From Sphyrna mokarran (taxonomy: Eukaryota), in the NCBI GenBank assembly GCA_024679065.1, contig JAGIQG010000004.1, forward strand, positions 105,710,001 to 105,774,000: a stretch of DNA of 64,000 nucleotides, given 5' to 3'. This document shows positions 22,800 to 35,370 of this stretch, piece by piece (within the stretch, counting starts at the first letter, position 1; every line of letters begins with the position of its first letter). The notes below the pieces were generated by a model, which was not told the DNA's origin, searched no databases, and saw only the letters and a list, made by a program, of their open reading frames with translations. The position numbers and the translations under genes are program-made.

Positions 22800-25700
22800 G
22801 ATGAAGTTCAAAAAGCAGAATACAGCTAGCCAATAAGGAAATTAAGAAACCGAACCTCAAAGGTAATGACCTCAGGATTACTAATGGTGCCATGTGCTAG
22901 TCAGTAGAAATGAGAGGATATATCAGATAAACACGTGGCCAAAGAGATGGTGTCAGGGTGAGGGTTTCAGATTCCAGGGACATTGGGACTAGTTCTGGGG
23001 GGAGGTGGGACATGTGCAAATTGAATGGGTTACACCTGGGCAGGACTGGGACTGATATCCTCAGGGGACTGTTCGCAAGAGCGGTTGAGGAGGATTTAAA
23101 CTAATAAGCTAGGGGGATGAAATCCTATGTAAGGAGTCTGAGAAGGAGGGAGCAAGGACAAAATGTGGGGAAAAGGTTACAACTACATCAAAAATCAGGA
23201 AAAAAGTTAAAAGGAAGAAGAATTGAGGCAACAGAATTAATAGAAGTGTTCAAATTCAAAAAGATACAAAAACTAGCATAAGGGCACTTTGTATCTGAAT
23301 GCTCCTAGCATTCGAAACAAGGTAAATGAGTTAACAGCACAAATCATTGCAAACGAGTATGATTTGGCGGCCATTATGGAGACATGGTTGCAGGATGGTC
23401 AGGATTGGGAGTTGAATATCCAGGGGTATCAAACTTTTCGGAGGGACTGACAGGAAGGTAAGGTAAGTGGTACAGCTCTGATTTTTAAGGATGATATAAG
23501 GGCGATAGTGAAAGATCACATGTTGTATGGAAAAAAAAAGTTGAGTTCATTTGGGTGAAAATTAGAAAAAGTCACTGATAGGTGTAGACTATGGGCCACC
23601 AAATAATGACATCATGGTGGGACGAGAAATCAATAAAGAAATAACTCATGTATGTAAAAATGGTACAGCAATTATATGGGGGATTTAATCCATATATCGG
23701 TTGGTCAAGGCAGCCTTGAGGAGGAGTTCATAGATGGATCCATGATAGCTTCCCTGAGTAGTATGTAATAGAACTGACAAGGGAGCAAGCTATCCTAGAT
23801 CTAGTCCCACGTAATGACACGAGAATAATTAATGATCTTGCAGTCAGGGATCTTCATGGAAGAAGCGATCAAGTATGGTTGAATTTAAAAGAGATGAAGT
23901 ATGAGAAGGTAAAATCCAATACCAGTGTCTTGTGCTTAAACAAAGGAGACTATAAAGGGATGAGGGAGGAGTTGGCTAAGGTAGACTGAGAGCAAAAATT
24001 TTATTTTGGGACAATTGAGGAACAGTGGAGAACCTTCAAAGCAATCTTTTATAATGCTCAGGAAAAGTATATACCAGTGATAAGGAAAGACTGTAGAAAA
24101 AAAGAGAGAATCTGCCATGGCTATCAAGGAAATAAAGGAGGGTATCAATTGAAAGAAAATGCATACAAAGTGGCAAAGATTAGTAGGAACATAGAGGATT
24201 GGGAAATCTTTAAAGGTCAGCAGAAAGCCATGAGAAAAGCAATAAAAGGTAAGATGGATTATTAGAGTAAACTAGCTCAGAATATAAAACCAGATAGCAA
24301 AAGTTTCTACAAATATATAAAACAAAAATGGCAAAAGTAAGTCGTGGTCCTTTAGAGCATGAGAAGGGGAATGTAATAACTGGAAATGAGAAAATGGCTG
24401 AAGCATTGAGCAGTTATTTTGTGTTGGTTTTCATTGTGGAAGACACAAATAACATGCCAAAAATTGATGACAGGAAGGCTACAGCAGGTGAGAACCTAGA
24501 AACTATCATTATCACGAAAGTAGTAGTGTTGGGCAAGTTAATGGGGCTAAAGGTAGACAAGTCTTCTGGTCCTGATGGAATGCGTCCCACGGTACTAAAA
24601 AAGATGGTGGGAGAAATAGCAAATGCACTAGTGGTAATTTAGTCTGAGATGATTCACGCAGATTAGAAAACAGCAAATATGGTACCCCTGTTTTAAAAAA
24701 AAAGGTAGACAAAAGACAGGTAACTGTTGGCCAATTAGCTTAACTTGTGTTGTAGGGAAAATCTTGAATCGACCATCAAGGAAAAAATAGTGAGATGTTT
24801 GGATATAAATTGTCCCATTGGTAAGATGCAGCATGGGTTCATGAAGGGCAGATCATATTTATCTAATTTAATGGATTTCTATGAGAATGTTACATGTGCA
24901 GTGGACAGTGGGGAACCTGTGGATGTAGTGGATCTGGATCTCCAGTAGGCATTTGACAAGGTGTTACACTCAAGACTGCTACAAAAGATAAAGGTGCACA
25001 GTGATACAGATAATGTATTAGCATGGATAGAGGATTGGTTAACTAACAGAAAGCGAAGAGTGTAAATAAATAGCTGTTCTTCTGATTGGTGATCAGTGAC
25101 TAGTGGTGTGCCTTAGGGATCAGTATTGGGACTGCAATTATTTACGATTGACATAGATGATTTGGATTTGGAAACCAAGTGTAGTGTGTCAAAATTCGCA
25201 GATGACACTAAGATGGATGGAAGAGCAAAGTGTGTAGAGGACATTGAAAGTCTGCAAAGGGATATAGATAATTTTAAGTGATGGGCAAGGGTCTGGCAGA
25301 TGGAGTACAATGTGGGTAAATGTAAGGTGATCCATTTTGATAGGAATAACAGCATTATTTAAATGGTGGAAAATTGCAGCATGCTGCCTAGCAGAGGAAC
25401 CTCGGTGTCTTTGTACAGGATTCTCAAGGAGTTGATTTGCAGGTGCAGCAGATAATTAAGAAGGCAAATGGAATTTTGTCCTTCATTGCTAGAGGAATGG
25501 AGGTTAAAAAAAAGTGAGATTATGTTGCAGCTGCTGGTGAGGTTACATCTGGAGTACTGTGTTGAGGTTTGGTCTCCTTATTGAGAAAGGACATACTAGC
25601 ACTGAAGAGGGCGCAGAGAAGATTCACTGTTAATTCTGCAGTTGTGTTGGCTTATGAGGTGAGACAGAGTAAACTGGGGCTATACTCATTGGAATTCAGA

Positions 25701-26088
25701 CGAATGAGGCCAGATCTTATAGAAACACATATGAAGAGAACAGATAAGATAGAAACAAACAAGTTGTTTCCGCTGGTGGGTGAAACTAGAACTAGGGAGC
25801 GTAGCTTCAAAATAAGGGGAAGGATTTAGGACTGAGCTGAAGAGGAACTTCTTCATGCAAAGGGTTGTGAATCTGTGGAATTACCTGTCCAGTGAAGCAG
25901 TTGAGACTACCTCATTGAATGTTTTTAAGGCAAGGATAGATAATTTTTGAACAGTAAAGGAATTTAAGGTTATGGGAGCAGGAGGGTAAGTGGAGCTGTG
26001 TCCACAAAAGATCAGCCATGATCTTATTGAATGGCAGAGCAGGCTCAAGGGGCAAAATGGCCTACTCCTCCTAGTCTTATGTTCTTGT
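22800..26088 (+). mobile_element. Long CR1 LINE (ORF1 esterase C-terminus, ORF2 EN-RT, 3' tail), disrupted
   Basis: RWCQGEGFRFQGHWD..GLHLGRTG (SGNH-type ORF1); a YLNARSIRNK-like motif, ETWLQDG, QHGFMKGRS, SKFADDTK, tail CCTACTCCTCCTAGTCTTATGTTCTT. Confidence 0.9.
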
Positions 26089-26309
26089 ATCTTTTGAGCA
26101 GTTGTGATACAAATGTGATATCGTGAGACATTCCCTTTTCAAATATTTACAACTCTTAGTAAGATATCTCTGCATCTTGATGCCAGTGTCTCCCTGGTGG
26201 GAAAACAAATTTCATGTTTATGGAACCAATGCAATTGATCAGTAACTTTAATCTCACGTTTTATTCTAGATCCTGTGTGATCTTGGGGAAAAATATCTCT
26301 CAGTGAATA

Positions 26310-27460
26310 TTGAAGGTTAAGGTGCTGGGAGTCGGGGGGGTAGGGTGTTAGGCTGGATAGAGGATTGGTTGTCTAATAGGAAGCAGAGGGTAGGCATTAA
26401 TGGGTGCTATTCTGATTGGCAGCTGGTGACGAGTGGAGTGCCCCAAGGTTCGATGCTGGGGCCTCAACTATTTACCATTTACTTACATGATCTGGAGGAA
26501 GAGGCAGAGTGCAGGGTGGCGAAATTTGCTGATGACGTGAAGATGAGTGGAAAAGCAAATTGTGTGGAGGGTGTGGAAAGTCTGCAGAGGGATCTGGATA
26601 GGTTGAGTGTGTGGGCGAGGACCTGGCAGTTGGAGTATAATGTTAGCAAGTGTGAGGTTATCGACTTTGGGAAGATTAATGGTAGGAAGGACTACTATTT
26701 AAATGGAGAAAAGCTGCAGCATGTGACAATGCAGGGGGACCTGGGGCTCCTTGTGCACGAATCGCAAAAACACAGTATATACAGGTGCAGCAGGTGACTA
26801 AGAAGGCGAATGCAATGTTGGCCTTTTATAACTAGGGGGATAGAATATAAAAGTAGGGAGGTTCTGTTGCAGCTGTATAGGGTGCTGGTGAGGCCACAGC
26901 TGGAGTACTCTGTGCAGTTTCATTTGCAGCATTCGAGGAAGGATATATTGGCCTTAGAGGGGGTGCAGACAAGGTTTACAAGGCTGATACCAGAGATGAG
27001 GGCGTTGGATTACGAGGAGAGACTGAATAGGCTAGGTTTGTACTCTTTGGAGTTTAGAAGGCTGAGATGGGATCTTATAGAAACGTATAAGATAACGAAG
27101 GGGATGGATAAGGTAGAAGTTGAGAGACTCTTCCCGCTTAACAAAGATAGCAGGACTAGAGGGCACAGCCTCAAGATTGGCGGGGGGTGGTTCAGATCGG
27201 AGTTGCGGAGGGGTTTCTTCACGCAGAGGGTAGTGAATCTTTGGAATTCTTTGCCTGATGAGGTGGTGGAGGCTTCCTCACTGAATATCTTCAAGTCAAG
27301 AGTGGATAGATTTTTAATTGACAGGGGAATTAAGGGTTACGAGGAGAAAGCAGGAAAGTGGTACTGAACCATTACAGATCAGCCATGATCTTACTGAATG
27401 CTGGGGCAGGCTTGAGGGACTGTATGGCTGACTCCTGCTCCTATTCCTTATGCTCTTGTG
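26310..27460 (+). mobile_element. Relatively young 5'-truncated CR1 LINE
   Basis: ORFs 26345-26797 and 26810-27367 (VTSGVPQGSMLGP, AKFADD, FFTQRVVNLWNSLP) separated by frameshifts; CR1 tail. Confidence 0.92.
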
Positions 27461-28530
27461 ATGAGACCTGGGACAATATCTGGGAAAATGGCAATAGAAC
27501 TGTAGAATGGTCTGTAGTAAAGATGGCCCAATTTAATATATGACACCAAGCTTATTACACCAAATCCCACTATATTTCCATTGTGCCAAAAATGCAAATC
27601 GGTGAGAGGTGATGACAGATTGTGTCTTGGCCTATGTCAAAATTAAATCTCTCTGGTTCTGTATATTTAGAGCTTGAGAAGATATTTAATATGGCCTTGG
27701 AAATTGATCCTCTGCACTTGATTTTGGGGCTCCCAGATAAAAAAGTCATTGCCAATGAGAAAAGACTGCACATAACCTAACATTTGCTGTATGGAAGAAT
27801 ACCCTTTGCTCCTGGATTATTGATAAGTTTTTCCTTTTGTTCTGAATTGGCGTTAAATTATTATGCAATGTATCCCAATGGAATTCCTAATCTGTACGTT
27901 CTGATCCATGTTGGATGCATTCCAGAAAGTATGGGGCCCCACCTCAAATTTACAGGTGTCTGATTTACTCCTGCAACATTTTCTGTGGTGTTTGTAGTAC
28001 TGCCTCTAATATACTGTATGTGAGAGTGTGTACTACTTTGCCTTTATCCATGGCTTTATCCTCTTTACTCTATCCTGTCATCTTCACTCAGAATGTTGAC
28101 TCTATTCTCTCTCTGTAGGTGCTGTCAGACTGACTAAGATTGTTCAGCATTTTCTGTTAATCGTCCTCTTTCTTTTATATATGTGGAAGTGTTGGGTATA
28201 TTGAACATAGTATTGAAACAACTGTATTGATTTCCTCTTATCTTATAAGGAGAAATGATTAAGCTGTACTATTACCAGATTTGAGGGTGTAAAAAATGGA
28301 GGAGGAGGGAAGATTCCATTACAGCTTGCTTTCTTGTTCACTTCTCGCCAAAGCTTTTGATGTAGCTTTGTTTTGTGTTCGCTATTTTGACAACTGTTGC
28401 TAGCAGAAAGCCAAATTATACTAATGCCTAAAAGAAATAAAATTCCTGCAAAAAAACTCTAATGACCAGAATTATAGTAAAGCTGGCAATTTTGTATGTT
28501 ATTTTGTTGCAATGTTATCAATCTGATGGA

Positions 28531-28710
28531 TACAGTAAAAAGAACAAAAGGTTTATTTGGTATCATGAGCTTCTGGAGCAGTGGTCTTTCATCAGGTGAG
28601 TGTTACGAGAGCTCCAAAAGCCCATGATACCAAATAAACCTGTTGGACTTTAATCTGGTGTTGAGAGATTTCTTACTGCTCCCACTCCAGTTGAATGCTG
28701 GCATTTCCAC
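28531..28710. mobile_element. Palindromic mini-element from a second Penelope family, ~14-bp TSD
   Basis: AGGTTTATTTGGTATCATGAGC / GCCCATGATACCAAATAAACCT inverted; ATCAATCTGAT(G/A)GA at 28517-28530 and 28711-28724; CTGATGA on the minus strand at 28589-28595; same pLTR as 42099-42230. Confidence 0.75.
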
Positions 28711-29805
28711 ATCAATCTGATAGAACTTGGATAGAACTTGGACCAGGCTTAAAAATAGAACTGAAATGTTTGGAAGAGAGAATTATCAGAAATGTGAGCA
28801 CAGAGATGTGCATCGGTGATGACCTAAGGATCTTGGAGAGATTAAGAAATTGGATACAGAGGACAAGGGACAAGTATAGTTTGAAGATGGAGTTATTTAA
28901 GTTTGCAGTTCCAAAAGGAAATTCAGTTTATCGAAGAATTGACCTATATTTGAAATTACTTGCTAAGTTTCAAGAAGATTAAACTTTAATACACATTTAA
29001 CATTAATTGCTAATTGATTTTTAATTGCATGTGGTGAGCATGAACTTGACAGTAAGCCTCTTAGCAGACTAAAACTTTCCTTGTTAGGTTAGGAATTGGA
29101 CCTTTATGACATGTAACTGCTGTAATTAAATATAAAAGTATGTAAAGATTGGATCTAATTTGATCCTTTAATTGACAAAATTTAAGATTTGTTGTCTTTA
29201 AGCATTTCTAACTGAGCTGTGTGGCATATAGCGCTCTAACTCAGGCATCATTTTTTTTGAGAAAAAGCTGGGGATTTATTCTTAATATCCCAGTCAATAT
29301 TTATCCAATATTCAGCATTAGCAAAATAGATTCTGATTATTATCACATTGCTGATTTTCAGAGTATGCTATACTCGAGTCGGCAGCTGTATTACTTTTGT
29401 ACCCAACCAGCAACTTTAGCATTACAATTTTGAAGTACTGAGATCAAATTCCCAATCTTGCTTCATACTTTGCAGTTGTGTTGAAATTTTGCTTCTGCTC
29501 TTTGAGTGGGCTATGCTATAGTTTAGTGGCTTCTAGGGGCAGATGCTAGATACTGCAGCTACAAATATTCCATTCTACTGGCTGACTGGATTGGAATCAA
29601 ATGTACTGCAACCTGCAACATGTTTAATTTTGACTTTTCAAACTGTGAGACTGTGTCTTGTAACATGATATCGGATTTAAGGATATTGCCAGTAAACTTT
29701 CCATACAAAAACAGATCCAGGAATAAAGGACAGTATGCTTGTTCATTGTTTCAACGTCTTAATTTAGTGTTTCCAGCAATGAGCCAATATTCTTTTACAG
29801 TCAGC

Positions 29806-30549
29806 ACTTAAGAGCCAGGCCAGAAACTCCAAGGTGTTTTATGAAATTAGTTGAGACCCTTAGTTTTACATTTGATTTTGGCATGGGTGAGCATAAGATA
29901 TTTCACTCAAGGTATGATTCAAGTGACCCACTAGGAAGCTTTTATTAAAACAACATTTATTTAAGAACACAGTTAAAATGTAACAAAAAGAATAAGCACA
30001 ACTTCTACCAATTACAAAAATTAAAAACAACTCAGTATAACTCCTAACAGCTAGCTATCTATACTGTTCTCAGTTGAACACCATCAGACAGACGTACACC
30101 CTTCTTAATTAGCATAGAAGCAAGTATACTCACATGATGCTGGATTACAGCTTTTCATTACCTACTGTGAGTTGGTTGTTTGAATGTTGCATCAAATCTC
30201 TGGGGATTCCCAGTCCAGGAACTTTGAAAAGCCGCTGGAGGGAGAGATTCAGAGGCACTGCTGCCTTCCACCAGCTTCGAGCAGTAATAAAACAAAACAA
30301 CTGCACTTTTCTATGGGAAAAAAAATCCTCAGGCATATCACCTGACCTGTCAATCATTGTCAATCAAGCTGCAATCAACAATCTCCAAAAGACCCTTAAC
30401 ACCTCAAATGTGCATTAGTCCAGATTAAAATCAACATATCAATTATACTGCCTCAGCAGCAATAAAGAACACAAGTCACAAACAACATCGTTGCAACAAA
30501 ATCCTGCAGAACATGATTAAAATAATTTTTTAATGAAACTACTATTACA
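29806..30549 (-). mobile_element. Probable solo LTR (Gypsy-type)
   Basis: Minus-strand AATAAA cluster near 29940-29960, ends ...TATTACA, resembles shark Gypsy LTRs; left terminus and TSD unclear. Confidence 0.45.
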
Positions 30550-30699
30550 ACTTGTTATTTTGTAATTAATTTTGTATAATGTTTGCTGATTGTAAATAAT
30601 ATTTTAGTTCTAAAATTTGTGTGCTGGGCTTTAAGTCTTATTAGAAATCAGTTTTGTCTAAGATTAATGTTGTGTCAGCTTGTTTACAAGGAACTGTTC

Positions 30700-31435
30700 A
30701 AAGAAAGGACAAAGAAAACTACAGTACAGGGATAAGTCCTCCAAGCCTGTATCGGCCATGTTGCCTGATTAAACTAGAACCCTGTACCCTTGCGGGGACC
30801 ATATCCCTCTCTTCCTCTCTTATTCGTGCATTTGTCAAGACACCCCTTAAAAGCCATTACTATAACTGCTTCCACTATCTCCCCTGGTAGCAAGTTCCAG
30901 GCACCTACCATCCTCTGTGCATAAAAAAAACTGCCTTGTCCATCTTCTTTAAACCTTGCCTCTTGCACCTTAAACCTATACCCCCTAGTAATTGACTCTT
31001 CCAGACCGGGAAAAAGCTTCTGACAATCCACTCTATCCATTGCCTCTCATAATCTTGTAGACTTGTCAGGTCGCCCCCTCAATCTCCATCATTCCAGTGA
31101 GTACAAACCAAGTTTCTCCAAACTCTACTCATAGCTAATGCATTCCATACCGGGCAACATCCTGTTAAATCTTCTCTATACCCTCTCCAAAACCTCCACA
31201 TCTTTCTAGTAGTGTGGCGACCAGAATTGAACATATATTCCATGTGCGGCCTAACTAAGGTTCTATAAAGCTGCAACTTAACTTGCCAGTTTTTAAACCC
31301 AGATGATGGAGGCAAGCACACTGTATGCCTTCTTAACTACCTTATCCACCTGCATTGCCACTTTGTGAGCTGTGTACTATATACCAGATCTCTTTGCCTA
31401 TCAATAGTCTTAAGGGTTCTGCTGTTTACCGTATA
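30700..31435 (-). mobile_element. 5'-truncated CR1 LINE
   Basis: LQLYRTLVRPHMEY, DRVDCQKLFP, QRMVGAWNLLPGE plus CR1 tail. Confidence 0.88.
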
Positions 31436-31624
31436 ATCATGATTTATCACATGTTCACGATTTATTTATTTATGTCAGAATGACAGGAATGAGCAATACT
31501 TCAATAATTTAAAACTGTGATAGAGAAATTCGATGCCTTCCCAAATATTCTGTTCTCCATGCGAAGTTGCTCTTTCACGAAAATCAATGTACGTTCAAAC
31601 TTGTGATCTGTTAATTCTATATTC

Positions 31625-31790
31625 ACAGAATCGCTACAGTGCAGAAGGTGGCCATTTGGCCCATTGAGTCTGCACTGACCACAATCTCACCTAGGCCCTA
31701 TCTCCATAACCCTACTTATTTACCCAACTAACCCCCTGACACTAAGAGGCAATTTACCATGGTCAATCCACCTAACCTGCATATCTATCT
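31625..31790 (-). mobile_element. HE1 (V-SINE) 3' half
   Basis: Minus strand GCAGGTTAGGTGGATTGACC..AAATTGCCTCTTAGTGTCAGGGG..ATGGGCCAAATGGCC..CTGTAGCGATTCT. Confidence 0.8.
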
Positions 31791-32264
31791 TTGAGTTCTA
31801 TGTATTGTATGAGAACTTCAGGACATTTTTCCATTATGCTATTAGATCTATTGATTTGACTAATTGACAGTATAACTATGTATGCAGAGGTGAATGTTGA
31901 CAAGAGATGTGAACTGCTCAGAATAATATTGCCAAATTTAACTTCACATACATATATCTGAAGACGAAATGACAAGAAGCTTACTATTTCTAATTACTTG
32001 TGAGCTCTGTATTGTGGATAGTAATTGGAGAAAGCACTCATCGAGTTTTATTTCTGTCATTTATTTCCACTCTGGGATGCTAAACCCTATTGTAGTGTTG
32101 CCACTGCTTCTCTCATTCTCCCAAGAGATCAAAGTCGGTCTCTTCAAGACTGGATGAAATATAAGTAATTCTGGTTGATATGGCTTTGTTCTTTCCATGT
32201 TATCTCCTGAAAAATCTGAGGGGGTCTACATTTTTTTAACATGATGTATTATGCAATCGTGAGA

Positions 32265-32600
32265 TGAGGGAATTCCTGATTGTCAGCATTTATTGCCTGT
32301 ATCTAATTGTCCTGGAGAAAGCAGTGCTGAGCTATCGTCTTGAGCTTGTCTTGTTGCAGTCCATGTGATTAATCAACAGTACTGTTTGGAACGAAGTCAA
32401 AAGATTTTGATCTGCTGACAATGAAGTAATAGTGATGTAGTTGTGAGTTTGAAGGAAAATTTGAAGGAAATGGTGTTCTGGTGCCTTTGTCCTTCGAAAT
32501 GTTGAAGGTTGAATTTTGGAAAGTAATGTCACAAGACGCTTGTTGTTTTGCTGCAGTGAATCTAGCAGATGAGACACACTGCTGTATTAGTGATGGAGGA
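32265..32600 (-). mobile_element. Family B LINE 3' end, old
   Basis: CAGCATTTATTGCC..CTAATTG..TGCAGTCCATGTG. Confidence 0.5.
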
Positions 32601-32939
32601 GTTGACAGTAAAATAGGTTGCTTTGGCCTGCAATTATTTCAACATCTTGGCTCGTTTCTGGTCATCTGCCATTTCCACTAATTGATTTGCATGTTTCTTG
32701 GCTAAAAGTTTGGTTTGGAAAAGCTTTGATCCTTAATTACAGAATTAAGGTAAGACTTGTGAAATAGTTCTGGATAGAACTCACTGGGAACTTCTATAAA
32801 TTATATTATGATTTTGGTTGAACTCTTTTGTGAAAATGTACAGATTTCTCAGGATTGAAATAATTGCAAAAGTATTTCATGTATTTAGACTTTTACTGTG
32901 ACAAACAATCTAAAATCAACATCTACTAATAACTTGGCA

Positions 32940-33270
32940 GGCATCCAAATAACAAAACTTCTTTTCCAGTTAACTAACTAACACAAAAAGGTCAGTGCCA
33001 TTTTTCTACATGATGCCACGTACTCAATAGATGTATCCTTGTAGATAGCCCGCAGCTTCTCCTGACTTTCCAATAGCAACACTTCTCCTTTCCACACTAG
33101 AGCCAGTCTCATATGATTTATTAAAAGTCCCTTCACTTAATTTGCTGAGTATCTTTGAACAGACTTCAGTGGTAAAGCACCAGCCGATGACTCCTTACTC
33201 TTCAAGTTTCTTCTTGTTTTTTCAAACGAGGAAACCAATCTCATCAGCATTCTGCTTCCTGATTAATACA
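32940..33270 (-). mobile_element. Possible hAT transposase C-terminal remnant
   Basis: Minus strand LLESQEKLRAIYKD..KMALTFLC*LVNWKRSF resembles the hAT dimerisation motif LTLPVSSA.CERSF; decayed, no TIRs found. Confidence 0.3.
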
Positions 33271-33444
33271 AGAACAAGACATTAGATTCAGTGAATATTG
33301 GTGAATAGCCTATTTTTACAAATAGAAACAGAAAATCAGTGAAAGGAAGTGAAGAAAAACCACTGGACTTGGGTGAAAGTGAGAGAATAATAGAAAATGA
33401 AAGCAATGTTGATGAAATTTTCCAGTTTGGGGCAAAGTAGAAAA

Positions 33445-33650
33445 TAAAACATAATTAATGTACCAAAAACAATTGAGGAACGGGCCCTGAATAGGAGTAA
33501 AAAATGGAACTTTCCACATAGCCCACAAAAAGGCAAGTATAGCCAAAACCTATAAGGCTTCCAGGGCAAAACTTTTTATTGGGACGATATGAATGGTGTC
33601 AAAGGCGAAGATATTCAATGTATCAATAAACTCAGCCAAGAGGTGAAAAT
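33445..33650 (+). mobile_element. Possible retroviral-type integrase zinc-binding (H2C2) remnant
   Basis: Frameshifted VPKTIEERAL..FHIAH..IAKTYKA..FYWDDMN..DIQ; second half of the domain not seen. Confidence 0.3.
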
Positions 33651-33696
33651 GAACTGGTTGGGCTTCCTTTTGTGAAAAAAGTGGAGGAACCTAAGC

Positions 33697-34146
33697 TGGT
33701 GTGGGGAGGCGTGTGTGTGGGGGGGGGAGGCGTGTGTGTGGGGGGGGGGGGGGGGGGGGGGGGAGGCGTGTGGTGTGGGGGGAGGCGTGTGTGTGTGTGG
33801 GGGGGGAGGCGTGTGTGTGTGGTGGGGGGGGGAGCGTGTGTGTGTGTGGGGGGGGGAGGCTGTGTGTGTGTGTGGGGGGAGGCGTGGTGTGTGGTGTGTG
33901 TGGGGGGGGGAGGCGTGNNNNNNNNNNNNNNNNNNNNNNNNNNNNNNNNNNNNNNNNNNNNNNNNNNNNNNNNNNNNNNNNNNNNNNNNNNNNNNNNNNN
34001 NNNNNNNNNNNNNNNNNNNNNNNNNNNNNNNNNNNNNNNNNNNNNNNNNNNNNNNNNNNNNNNNNNNNNNNNNNNNNNNNNNNNNNNNNNNNNNNNNNNN
34101 NNNNNNNNNNNNNNNNNNNNNNGGGGGGGGGGAGGCGTGTGTGTTT
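33697..34146. repeat. G-run/(GT)n minisatellite, unit about G5-9AGGC(GT)n, containing an assembly gap (N 33918-34122)
   Basis: Directly visible tandem units on both sides of 205 Ns. Confidence 0.95.
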
Positions 34147-34499
34147 GCGCCAGCCATATGTAATGAAAGAAGATGGTAAGGATAGTAAAATTAGAAATTG
34201 TTGAAGTAGCAGAGGGTGGCAGATAAGTGGCAAGCGTGGAAAGAAAGAGCCTGGACAAGAAGAGCAAAATATAGTTAAAGGAGATGGAAAATAAAGGGAT
34301 ATAGATTGAAGTTTGTTTTAATTGATCTGTAATATCTGATTAGATGAACTTTTCATGTTTAAAATATATAGCTCTCTGTTCAGGTAGCAGGATCTGATCT
34401 CCATAACTATAAAACTCAGTATTTATATAGTGTCACGAAAATATTCAAATACTTCAAAGCATTGCACACAGACATTATAAAACAGGATACCGTCGAATT

Positions 34500-35370
34500 A
34501 GTCAGTGTTTGAACCACTACTTTTCCTGATGTATATTAATAACCTAGACTTGAGTTTAGATTATGCAGTTTCAAAATTGTAGATGACACAAAAGTATCTT
34601 GAAAAAGATAGTGATAAGCTTCAAGAGGATGTAGATGGTTGGTGTAATGAATGAACAAGTACCAGATGAAATTTCATGTAGTGAAGTGTGGAAATATTTA
34701 TTTTAAACAATAAACAATTAAAAAATTAAGGGAACTCTTATGTACGGGGTGCAGGAACAGAGAGACCTGGGTGTACATTGCTGTAATTCATTGAAGGTAG
34801 CAGGACAGGTTGAGAGAAAGTAGTATAATAAAACATAGGAGATACTGGCCTTTAGAAATGGAACACAAAATGCAAAAATAATATTTTGATTAATCTATAT
34901 GACATGCTGGTTTGTTCTGGGCACCACACTTTTGAAAGGACGTGAAGGCATTAGTATATGTGGGGTGGGGGGGAATATCATAAAAATGATTCCATGGATT
35001 AAAGAACTTGGTTACATGGATAGATTGGAGAAGCTGGTCTGTTGTCCATGGAGAAGAGAGATCAACAGGACATTTGGCCATGGTGATCAAAATCATCTCA
35101 GTGATCAATCAGAACGTCTGGACAAATGGAAGGATTGACAGCCAGAGAGCATTGAGACATTTTTTCTACATTTCAAGTAGTTCGGATCTGCAGTGCATTT
35201 CCTGGGAATGCAGTGGAGGCAGATTCAGTTATGGTTTTCAAAAAAGAATTGGACAATTATCTGAAGCGAAAGAAATTGCAAAGATACAGGGAAATGTTGC
35301 GGTGTCGCACTAGCTAAGTTGCTCTTGCAGAGAGCTATACAAACGTGATAGGAAAAATGGCATCTGTTGC
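34500..35370 (+). mobile_element. Old CR1 LINE 3' part
   Basis: YINNLDL..SK.VDDTK, QMKFHVVKC, EQRDLGV, VLGTTL; decayed tail. Confidence 0.7.

Larger units (their letters stand above)
21620..27960 (+). mobile_element. Decayed L1/Tx1-clade LINE split into three pieces (about 21620-22725, 26090-26305, 27460-27960) by two CR1 insertions
   Basis: GFVKWVQVLYNNSLAAVFTKG..QG..GCPL-like; KLAKLQ; SFEQL..LFKYLQ; DLG.NIS | DETWDNIW; QFNI.HQAYYT; IDPLHLILGL; AFQKVWGP. Confidence 0.6.

Noticed and set aside
28695-28982. 95-aa ORF with protein-like composition
   Set aside because: It starts inside the Penelope palindrome and has no recognisable motif or convincing splice context.
33615-34267. Poly-proline ORFs that look like a formin FH1 domain
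   Set aside because: They are translations of the G/GT minisatellite across an N gap, on the strand opposite DIAPH2 and far upstream of where FH1 lies.
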